Virus record (IMG/VR): IMGVR_UViG_3300045988_110668
From: a virus
DNA length: 63,351 nucleotides
Reading direction: 5' to 3' (one strand)
The notes beneath the pieces were generated by a model, which was not told the origin of the DNA, made no database searches, and was given only the letters and a program-made list of their open reading frames with translations. Position 1 is the first letter of the stretch. The number at the start of each line of letters is the position of its first letter. The position numbers were made by a program, and so were the translations under genes. Shown in pieces: positions 34,123-41,235 of this stretch.

Positions 34123-34391
34123 ACCGGTACACTTTCAATAGATTTTACAGCTTCATCCGAACACGGGATAATTTCAATCACATCCAGGATCTCTATCTCT
34201 GGAACCGTAACTGTGAATTTGCATTCATGTGGGTTAGTTGTACCATTAACTGCTAATTGAGATATACTAGCAGCACCATCCCAATACCACAATCTACGAC
34301 AATTTGCGAGCTTAACCTCACTACCATTTCTTTCTACTAACTCTCCGAAAAATACACCGGAACGATCTCCTCTTACAATTACTTTTTTCAT
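34110..34391 (-). CDS. Hypothetical protein (93 aa)
   Basis: Track ORF. Confidence 0.55.
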   Translation of the reverse strand: MKKVIVRGDRSGVFFGELVERNGSEVKLANCRRLWYWDGAASISQLAVNGTTNPHECKFTVTVPEIEILDVIEIIPCSDEAVKSIESVPVWAR

Positions 34392-34619
34392 AACTATATA
34401 TATTATTAAAGTGGTTAATCGAAAATAAAGCGTCTATTTTCACAAACCGACGCTTTCGAAAATTTTAATATACAAAAAAGATTGTTCCTAGATACCGAAC
34501 CAACGGACACTAGGATAGTATAGAACATGTAAAACTCAAATACAGGGACTCGCACCCTACGACATCCTGGGGTGTCGGCATTGGGTTAATTAATAAATGA
34601 ATGGAATATAATTTTATAG

Positions 34620-34928
34620 CTATTTTACATTGATATACTTATTTAAATCAATCGTAGCCAAAGCTTGTTTAATCTCCAATCTGGAATAGCATACAGGAGA
34701 ATTTTTACCTATCCCTTTTCTTTTGCCTTTTATTAATCCTTCTGATTCCATTTTGTTTATATATGAAGGATCGATACCAAGAACCTTGAACCATCTAACC
34801 AACTCTCTTGTGCTTATATTATCTTTCGTTGGTTCATAAACTTTAATAGCCTTCATGTACCCAACTTGAACCATATCAGCCATAATGTTTTTTAATTGAT
34901 ATAAATCTAGCTCTAGCTTTGTTTTCAT
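34620..34928 (-). CDS. Putative small DNA-binding (excisionase/HTH-like) protein
   Basis: Track ORF. ..STRELVRWFKVLGIDPSYINKMESEGLIKGKRKG.. looks HTH-like. Confidence 0.4.
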   Translation of the reverse strand: MKTKLELDLYQLKNIMADMVQVGYMKAIKVYEPTKDNISTRELVRWFKVLGIDPSYINKMESEGLIKGKRKGIGKNSPVCYSRLEIKQALATIDLNKYINVK

Positions 34929-34959
34929 AGCTATTGTGTATTACTACATGAATTATAAA

Positions 34960-35193
34960 TTAGTAGTTTCTTACTACATCAATATATCCAGCTTTCCGGT
35001 TTGTTAGCACTGAATATAGTGATTGGTCTTTTTCAGTTATTCTATCTATTTTAGCCAATCTATTTAAGTCAGATACACATCTACGAAGTTGTATAACTAA
35101 TGTATCACTAAAATTGTAACGAATTGAGTCTTCTTTTTTTCTCAATTTCTTTTTTATTTCTGCTCTTTCTTTAATTTCTTTTCTTCCTGCCAT
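34960..35193 (-). CDS. Hypothetical basic protein (77 aa)
   Basis: Track ORF. Confidence 0.5.
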   Translation of the reverse strand: MAGRKEIKERAEIKKKLRKKEDSIRYNFSDTLVIQLRRCVSDLNRLAKIDRITEKDQSLYSVLTNRKAGYIDVVRNY

Positions 35194-35221
35194 AACTATT
35201 AAAATTTAAATTATTGACTTG

Positions 35222-35293
35222 TGGACGTAACTGGATTCGAACCAGTAATAAACCAACTGGGCAGGTAATCTCATGCACTGCCACTTTACGCCC
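35222..35293 (-). ncRNA. tRNA-like RNA, 72 nt (acceptor plus T-arm, no cloverleaf)
   Basis: 5' GGGCGTA pairs with 3' TACGTCC (one G-U). T-arm is ACTGG-TTCGAAT-CCAGT. Internal hairpin GGCAG-N13-CTGCC. Confidence 0.5.
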
Positions 35294-35382
35294 GTTTGCC
35301 TGTATCACGTCAGATACAGGACTTAATCGAAACACGAATTTTCACACATAAAACAGCTATTCTCCCGAACCGCATACCTATA

Positions 35383-35544
35383 TCACTTTTCTCTCTTTAG
35401 TCTCTTTTGGTGCTTTTCCATGTATATGGAACATAATGCAAATACAGCAAACGAAAGCCAAAATACAATATTCATTTCGTTTGCAAGCAATACTGTTAAT
35501 GCAAACGATATTGCCCAAATTCCTAATAGTGGAGTACGTTTCAT
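35383..35544 (-). CDS. Small two-helix membrane peptide (53 aa)
   Basis: My translation: MKRTPLLGIWAISFALTVLLANEMNIVFWLSFAVFALCSIYMEKHQKRLKREK. Confidence 0.4.
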   Translation of the reverse strand: MKRTPLLGIWAISFALTVLLANEMNIVFWLSFAVFALCSIYMEKHQKRLKREK

Positions 35545-35569
35545 AATATTAATTATTTGATTATTATTG

Positions 35570-35651
35570 TGGACGGAACCGGAGTCGAACCGGTCTCACG
35601 GAATATTGGTGCACCTCACCGCAGTTTCAGCCATGATATACACATCCGCCC
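35570..35651 (-). ncRNA. tRNA-like RNA, 82 nt (acceptor plus T-arm, no cloverleaf)
   Basis: 5' GGGCGGA pairs with 3' TCCGTCC (one G-U). T-arm is ACCGG-TTCGACT-CCGGT. Contains an internal palindrome GGTGCACC. Confidence 0.5.
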
Positions 35652-36078
35652 GATTAATTAAAAAAGTGCACTATCTTCACAGACCGTACACTATACAACA
35701 CACAAACACAAAATAAAACACTACATAAAAGTGCCCTACCCGATTCTCACTACCGGATGTCAGTTTCAAACTGTCAGTAGGGCTATATTACAATCAGCGT
35801 ACGGACGCCTATTCCCGTTTTCTTACTGATAAAGACGATGTTTTTCAGACTGATTTTTTCGATATATTACTTACTCACGTTGCTTCCTTCCGCTCATATC
35901 ATCGCTGGTTGGCTATTACGCTATACTCCGCCTCGGCTATAATGCTTATTAGCGCAGGCTACTTTAACGTGCCCTGAACACGGCTTCATTTTTGAGGGTT
36001 AAGCCTCCCATCCCGAATTAGGATTCATCGGTTTACCGTTATGCTCTGAAAGCGTTTCGCTCGCTTCTTCCGTAGGTT
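35652..36078 (-). ncRNA. ORF-free, relatively GC-rich segment with many local helices (candidate structured ncRNA; the alternative is an origin region)
   Basis: No ORF of 60 aa or more in any frame from 35194 to 36078. Helices include GCCCTAC/GTAGGGC (35733-39 / 35777-83) enclosing CAGTT/AACTG. Confidence 0.3.
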
Positions 36079-36264
36079 CTAACCTAACAGAGATTCGTAA
36101 AATTTTATACTTTCCAAAAAGGAATCTATAATTTCACTTTTAGTTTTATTACTTTTCGCCAATTTCCTAACAGTGGATTCATCATAAGTTTCTAAGTCTT
36201 TCACATATTTACGAAGAAAGACTAATTGATTATTTATATATTCTATATCCATAATTACCTCCAA
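36079..36264 (-). CDS. Hypothetical protein (61 aa)
   Basis: Track ORF. Confidence 0.5.
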   Translation of the reverse strand: MEVIMDIEYINNQLVFLRKYVKDLETYDESTVRKLAKSNKTKSEIIDSFLESIKFYESLLG

Positions 36265-36533
36265 GAACTATCACGATTTATATAATCAGCATGATTCCCG
36301 GTAAAGAACGCTTTCAATACATTACCTTCTTTTTTAGGAAACTCCGGCTTATATGACTTCTTTTCCTCTTCAATCTCTCTATATTCTTTTTGTTGTCTCT
36401 TTGCCAAGAACCAATCCTGTTTCAATGCTTCACTCAAAGAAATACGACGATACGCTTTCAAGATGTGAGCGTGTTTCATTATCTCACTGTTATTGAAATT
36501 TCCGGTTTCTGTCAAAAATGTAAATGCGTTCAT
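36255..36533 (-). CDS. Hypothetical early protein (92 aa)
   Basis: Track ORF; the first gene leftward of the operator region. Confidence 0.55.
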   Translation of the reverse strand: MNAFTFLTETGNFNNSEIMKHAHILKAYRRISLSEALKQDWFLAKRQQKEYREIEEEKKSYKPEFPKKEGNVLKAFFTGNHADYINRDSSWR

Positions 36534-36610
36534 CTTGATCTCTTTTTAGTTATTACTATTGTTTCTATCAAATTTTATCCTTTTATTTGTATTGGATTGA
36601 TTTGGTATTG

Positions 36611-36666
36611 CAAATATACTATAAGAAATTATACTATCAAAATATATACTATAAATAATTATAGTA
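36611..36666. promoter_or_regulatory. Operator array: TATACTATMA x3 at 15-bp spacing plus an inverted TTATAGTA, overlapping a -7 box
   Basis: Repeats at 36615-24, 36630-39 and 36645-54. The inverted copy is at 36659-66. CAAATATA lies at 36611-18. Confidence 0.6.
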
Positions 36667-36715
36667 AAAACATTATTTAACTATTAGAGCGGATTATACA
36701 TTATTATATAAAATC

Positions 36716-37039
36716 ATGGAATTGAAAGAATTTATAAAAGAGACAATATCAAGCATCGCAGATGCAGTATATGAACTTAATGAGGAGAAATCAGAAAATG
36801 GTCTTATCGTTAATCCATCAAAAATGAAATGGAAAGGAGAAACCAATGATTTATACGAAGATGGAAGAATTGTTAAAAATATAGAGTTCAACCTTAGCGT
36901 ACAAGCATCAGATAAAAATGGAACGGGAATAGGGCTTAAAATTAATATTGTAAATGCTGGAATTGGTAATGAAAAGACCAACTCCACCATAAGTACAATT
37001 AAGTTTTCTATTCCGGTTGCTTTCCCTCCACAGAAGTAA
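36716..37039 (+). CDS. trypco2-like small protein (107 aa)
   Basis: N-terminal helix LKEFIKETISSIADAV, then IEFNLSVQASDKNGTGIGLKINIVNAGIGNEKTNSTISTIKFSIPV. This pattern is recalled from trypsin-co-occurring domain 2 proteins. Confidence 0.5.
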   Translation: MELKEFIKETISSIADAVYELNEEKSENGLIVNPSKMKWKGETNDLYEDGRIVKNIEFNLSVQASDKNGTGIGLKINIVNAGIGNEKTNSTISTIKFSIPVAFPPQK

Positions 37040-37199
37040 CCCATTTATAGAAAACTTGAGCTAGTTCCAAAGGGGTGCTAATCCATTTTCCAGAGCAGCA
37101 TTGAGCTTCATAAACATAAACTGCGTATTTTAAACAATTCATTCTAATTTGTTCATCAGAATTACATGAATCGGGAGATAGGTTTAATTTTTCGTCCAT
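37008..37199 (-). CDS. Hypothetical protein (63 aa)
   Basis: Track ORF; its 3' end overlaps the convergent 36716..37039 by 32 nt. Confidence 0.45.
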   Translation of the reverse strand: MDEKLNLSPDSCNSDEQIRMNCLKYAVYVYEAQCCSGKWISTPLELAQVFYKWVTSVEGKQPE

Positions 37200-37344
37200 A
37201 GTTTTTGGGGCTAACTGTTATTAATTGGAAATAAAAATATCCGCAATAGGTTGCAGCTACTACGGATACCATATATTAAACCTCTTGTGAGGGAAGTTTA
37301 ACCACTTTGTCTCTGTAACATCTGCAACTTGTTACGATGCAAAG

Positions 37345-37365
37345 ATACTATAATAATTTATAGTA
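37345..37365. promoter_or_regulatory. Palindromic operator ATACTATAA-TAA-TTTATAGTA in the divergent region
   Basis: Same half-site as the 36611-36666 array. It lies next to the box TATCTTTG (reverse complement of 37340-37347). Confidence 0.55.
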
Positions 37366-37387
37366 CAAACAAACAGTTGATTTATTT

Positions 37388-37804
37388 ATGGAAAGAGATG
37401 AACGTTTTTTAGAAGTGATTAATGAACTTCAAATTACAGCTTATACGCTTGAAAAAGAAAATGGTATAAAAAATGCGCAAGCCAAAGTGTCTCATTACAA
37501 AAAAGGAGTAACCAAAAGTATATCTTCAGATATAATAGTTGGGCTTTGTGAGGCATATCCGCAAGTTAACGCTAATTACATTCTCACCGGCAACGGCCCC
37601 ATGTTCAAGGAAGAACAAGCCACTCAAAACATTAACGAACATTCACAAGTAATACAAATAGACAACACAAAACAGGTAAGACACATGCTGGATGTTATAA
37701 ATGAACAACAAAAAACGATAGAAAACCTAACAGAATATATCAAAAAGATAGAAGGAAACCCGAAAAGAAGTATAGAAAACAAGAAGGATGGTATGACCGC
37801 ATAA
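37388..37804 (+). CDS. CI-like repressor (HTH)
   Basis: ..FLEVINELQITAYTLEKENGIKNAQAKVSHYKKG.. is an XRE-type HTH. It is the only long + strand gene in the lysogeny region and is divergent from the early genes. Confidence 0.6.
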   Translation: MERDERFLEVINELQITAYTLEKENGIKNAQAKVSHYKKGVTKSISSDIIVGLCEAYPQVNANYILTGNGPMFKEEQATQNINEHSQVIQIDNTKQVRHMLDVINEQQKTIENLTEYIKKIEGNPKRSIENKKDGMTA

Positions 37805-37853
37805 ACAAATATAACATATCCTTTGTTCTCAAATGACCTAAATATCTAAAAAT

Positions 37854-38051
37854 ATGGATGACCCTTTGTTTAGAGAGTTTGAGAATGTACTATCTGTTAT
37901 GAAAAGGCAGAATGAAGTGATTAAGGAAGTTGTATTAAAAGAACCATTAGAAAAGATGAAATTGATTGTCTGTTCCGGGAAAAGAACGGATGATAGTTTT
38001 AACCTTAAATCTTTTAATAAAGACATACTTAAGAAAATGAGACAAATTTAA
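37854..38051 (+). CDS. Hypothetical protein (65 aa) co-oriented with the repressor
   Basis: Track ORF. Confidence 0.45.
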   Translation: MDDPLFREFENVLSVMKRQNEVIKEVVLKEPLEKMKLIVCSGKRTDDSFNLKSFNKDILKKMRQI

Positions 38052-38068
38052 TTGTCTATTTGCAAAGG

Positions 38069-38110
38069 AAGGCGTGACCTATCAAAAAGATCACGCCTTG
38101 TTTGTATATT
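38069..38110 (+). terminator. Terminator of the repressor operon
   Basis: AAGGCGTGA-N13-TCACGCCTT followed by GTTTGTATATT. Confidence 0.6.
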
Positions 38111-38133
38111 ATAAGCTATCTCATTTTAATAAA

Positions 38134-38235
38134 TTACAGTCTTTTTATCCATTTCTTCCCAGACGGAGTTTCGGTATAAATCCAAAAGGAAATGGTTATT
38201 ACCGTTATAAGTCCAAATCCATATAATGCTATCAT
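38134..38235 (-). CDS. Small hydrophobic peptide (33 aa), tandem paralog B
   Basis: MIALYGFGLITVITISFWIYTETPSGKKWIKRL. Confidence 0.4.
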   Translation of the reverse strand: MIALYGFGLITVITISFWIYTETPSGKKWIKRL

Positions 38236-38236
38236 A

Positions 38237-38341
38237 TCAAAGATCTTTCAGCCATTTCTTGCCACTTTTGGTATGTGACCAAATAACTAGCGCAGCCCCT
38301 ATGACACTAGTCATTAAGAAAATCATTGTTAATGCATCCAT
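38237..38341 (-). CDS. Small hydrophobic peptide (34 aa), tandem paralog A
   Basis: MDALTMIFLMTSVIGAALVIWSHTKSGKKWLKDL. Confidence 0.4.
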   Translation of the reverse strand: MDALTMIFLMTSVIGAALVIWSHTKSGKKWLKDL

Positions 38342-38348
38342 ATTACTT

Positions 38349-38591
38349 TCATTTTAAAATTCTATTAGCAAAATTGGCAAAAATGTAAGTAGAAAAAATT
38401 CCCAATACAATTGTAGTCCAATTTATTTCATTTGAAGCATTAGTAAACAAGGGAGTTATACCACCCAACACAAGGGCGGCAAACACAAGTTTAGATAAAT
38501 CGAAGAAGTAACTAGCAAGCTTTTCCCGCCTAGTCTTATCTTTGTCCTTAACCTCCTTCTTTGCTTCTTGCATTTTGCTAAAATTGCCCAT
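38349..38591 (-). CDS. Two-TM small membrane protein (80 aa)
   Basis: Track ORF. Confidence 0.55.
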   Translation of the reverse strand: MGNFSKMQEAKKEVKDKDKTRREKLASYFFDLSKLVFAALVLGGITPLFTNASNEINWTTIVLGIFSTYIFANFANRILK

Positions 38592-38646
38592 ATTCTAACT
38601 ATTGACAACGCAAATGTACAAAAATAGTTTGATTATTCAAATTAAA

Positions 38647-39981
38647 TTAATACACGTTATTATTAAACACATAATCAATAACTTTGGAATTAGCCTCATT
38701 TATAGAACTAAAATCCTTCTTGATATAAATTTCAGTTACCCTCATGGATTCGTCAACATGATTTAAGGCGGAATGGACTACATACTTGTCTATTTTAAGA
38801 TCATTAGCCGCAATAGTAGCCCATGAATGGCGGGCAGCATAAAATTCCAAATCTTCTATGATGTCACCGTTCTTTTTTGACTTATTTATATCGTTAATGC
38901 TCTTCTCAATCTCCTTAAGGCCCTTATTGATAGCTTTATTAAAGTTCTTATAATCGGCATACATTTGATAGAATCTGAACACTCTTTTCCCTGTATGATC
39001 TTTGTATTTCTCCAGCAGATCGGAAATAAACGGGGGTACATCTACATGAATTTCCGCGTTATCTCTACGTCTAGTTCTTGTTTTCTCTCTGAAATACTGA
39101 ATCGTATTATTGCTTATCTTATCACAGCTATATAAGTCAGCAGAATTCATTCCTATCAGACAGAAAGACAAGATAAATACATCTTTTGCAAGATTATATC
39201 TGCAATTTTGCTCTACATTTTTCCTGGCGTTATGCCGCATTATGTAGGGTAAATCATAAATTGCTTTTATTGTTTGCGGTGATAATGCCCTTTTTCTTGT
39301 AGTCTCTTCTTTGGGAACCTTAAACTTCATGAATGGAGACCAAGGTATTAGTATTACTCCTTTCTCTTCATCGTTATATTTTAATTTAGCCTCCTTATGC
39401 AAATGCCGAATACATGCGGTATAGTTAGATAACATTCTATTGGTTGTGATACGCTTCCCTTTTTTTATAGCTTCTAAATTGGATTTCTCCTTTTTTTCTA
39501 TCAGAAACTTCGAATAATTAACCAGCATTGAATAGGTTATTTCAGAAATAGATATAATATCTCTTTTCATAAAGTTGATTAATGACTGAAGCATGCCTTT
39601 GTAATTAGAAGCAGTTCCATTTTTACCTTGTTTTTCAAGATTGTTTATATAGTCCTTTGCAAAAGATACAAAATCAATATCTTTCTTTTTGTCTTCTTCC
39701 TTTTGGTTCAAATAATCGACCAATTCATCTATTGACATATTATCTATAGTAAGAGCGATCTTGCTACATTTATTACGATAATAATTGATAATCTCATTGC
39801 ACTGATCTATCTTTTCCTGATTTTTTATCTTGAAATTCTTGACCGTCAAATCTTCTTGGTTTACATATATAGAGGTTGGCAACCTTCGAACAACCCTGTT
39901 ATGAGTTATCCGAATTTTTACATTCCAGGTCTTATCTTTTCTTTTTTGGTGCTTTTGCACTTCTGCTTTAAATGTAGCCAT
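38647..39981 (-). CDS. int: Tyrosine integrase (Bacteroidetes phage/CTn type)
   Basis: Start at MATFKAEVQKHQKRKDKTWNVKIRITHNR. C-terminal ARHSWATIAAN...HSALNH...TEIYI. Confidence 0.85.
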   Translation of the reverse strand: MATFKAEVQKHQKRKDKTWNVKIRITHNRVVRRLPTSIYVNQEDLTVKNFKIKNQEKIDQCNEIINYYRNKCSKIALTIDNMSIDELVDYLNQKEEDKKKDIDFVSFAKDYINNLEKQGKNGTASNYKGMLQSLINFMKRDIISISEITYSMLVNYSKFLIEKKEKSNLEAIKKGKRITTNRMLSNYTACIRHLHKEAKLKYNDEEKGVILIPWSPFMKFKVPKEETTRKRALSPQTIKAIYDLPYIMRHNARKNVEQNCRYNLAKDVFILSFCLIGMNSADLYSCDKISNNTIQYFREKTRTRRRDNAEIHVDVPPFISDLLEKYKDHTGKRVFRFYQMYADYKNFNKAINKGLKEIEKSINDINKSKKNGDIIEDLEFYAARHSWATIAANDLKIDKYVVHSALNHVDESMRVTEIYIKKDFSSINEANSKVIDYVFNNNVY

Positions 39982-40015
39982 AATTTCATATGTATTTTTT
40001 ATGCTTTTCTTTTTC

Positions 40016-40033
40016 GAGCAACAATAGAGCAAC
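40016..40033 (+). repeat. 18-bp direct repeat GAGCAACAATAGAGCAAC (putative integrase arm site, copy 1)
   Basis: Identical to 40282-40299. Confidence 0.85.
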
Positions 40034-40170
40034 AATTTCAAGCAAAAGTAGCGTTTTAAATCAAAAGTAACAAAATAAAAGGGCTATAAATCATTTTAGA
40101 CTTATAACCCTATTTATTTATAATCATCTGAAAATCAACACAAACAACTAATAATCAGACCTTATTTTTG

Positions 40171-40220
40171 TGGAGCGGTAAGCGAGACTCGAACTCGTGA
40201 CCCTTAGCTTGGGAAGCTAA
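40171..40220 (-). other. 3' half of a tRNA-Gly(CCC)-like gene: putative attP core
   Basis: Minus strand: TTAGC-TTCCCAA-GCTAA (anticodon arm, CCC), GGGTC, T-arm ACGAG-TTCGAGT-CTCGC, TTACCGC-T-CCA. There is no 5' half upstream. Confidence 0.65.
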
Positions 40221-40281
40221 CCAATAAAACAATATAATAATATGTACAACAAATACTTACAACAACACATTACAACAAAAA

Positions 40282-40299
40282 GAGCAACAATAGAGCAAC
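40282..40299 (+). repeat. 18-bp direct repeat (putative arm site, copy 2)
   Basis: Identical to 40016-40033. Confidence 0.85.
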
Positions 40300-40396
40300 T
40301 TTATCCAAATTAGAAACTTTCCTCTTTTTATTCAGGTAAATATAAGAAATATTTTATAGAATAGAAACAAAGTCGGATATAATCAAAAAAGGCAGC

Positions 40397-40648
40397 TCAT
40401 TCGGCTGCTTTTCCTATCTTCTCCTTAAACAATCTCAACTGATCTATACTAGGATGAAAAGTAGGATTCTCCCAGTTCCTAGAGATAACCGAAATCATTG
40501 AATCCAGAAACTTCCCGCAGTCGAGAATCTTCGCACATTTATCCAATTGGAACTCTCCGGAAGGATATTTCTTGCTGTCAAGAACATCCTTAGCCCATGT
40601 CAGTAACTCATTCACCGAGTCGTGGTTGTATTTATTTTCCTCCGCCAT
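40397..40648 (-). CDS. Hypothetical protein (83 aa)
   Basis: Start moved to MAEENKYNHDS because a TACCTTTG -7 box lies inside the longer track ORF. Confidence 0.5.
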   Translation of the reverse strand: MAEENKYNHDSVNELLTWAKDVLDSKKYPSGEFQLDKCAKILDCGKFLDSMISVISRNWENPTFHPSIDQLRLFKEKIGKAAE

Positions 40649-40786
40649 AATAACTTTGTTTTCGGCAAAGGTATAAAAAATCCCGGCATATCTAATACAC
40701 CGGGAGGATTCCATTTTAAAGAGGCAGTTATAAATGGAAGGAGCTATTCACCAAACATATAATCCTCAAAGTACAAGAGATTCCTT

Positions 40787-41233
40787 TTATTGAGGATCAT
40801 GTACGCCATATATTTTGGCTGGGAGAGTAAAAGAAGGGAGTCCTGTGCGGACAATCATATTTTGAATATACTCTCTAAAATAAGGCCAGATAAATACTGA
40901 TAAACTTATCTCTTTAAAAACATCAAAGAAATCTTTTGTTATTGTGACCTCTTTTAATTTACTATATCTGACTTTAAACTCTCCAGATATAGTAAATAGT
41001 TTCTCCGCATTTTCTTGCTCGCCAATTATACCTTCAAGCTTAAAGGAAGCTATAAAACAAGCATTACTTTCAGATTCAGAAAACGAGTATTTATCTTTAA
41101 AATTTAAATTGATAGAGCCTCCTTCTGATACACACTCAAACACCTTAACATTTCCATCCGAAAGAAATATATTATCTAATTTTATGGAAGTTAATATTGA
41201 AGAATATTCTTCTGGGGTAATTTTATTTTTCAT
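40787..41233 (-). CDS. SecB-like chaperone
   Basis: C-terminal IWPYFREYIQNMIVRTGLPSFTLP parallels E. coli SecB [26 protein letters not shown]. Confidence 0.7.
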   Translation of the reverse strand: MKNKITPEEYSSILTSIKLDNIFLSDGNVKVFECVSEGGSINLNFKDKYSFSESESNACFIASFKLEGIIGEQENAEKLFTISGEFKVRYSKLKEVTITKDFFDVFKEISLSVFIWPYFREYIQNMIVRTGLPSFTLPAKIYGVHDPQ

Positions 41234-41235
41234 AT

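Noticed and set aside
34543-34580. A T-arm-like sequence (AGGG-TGCGAGT-CCCT) with an adjacent stem-loop, considered as a possible fifth tRNA-like element.
   Set aside because: T55 is G, the T-stem has only 4 bp, the putative anticodon loop has 8 nt, and no acceptor complement was found on either side.
36694-37044. A 116-aa minus-strand ORF.
   Set aside because: It is a near-exact mirror of the + strand ORF 36716..37039. The + strand product has a recognisable domain-like pattern, while this one is proline/leucine/serine junk.
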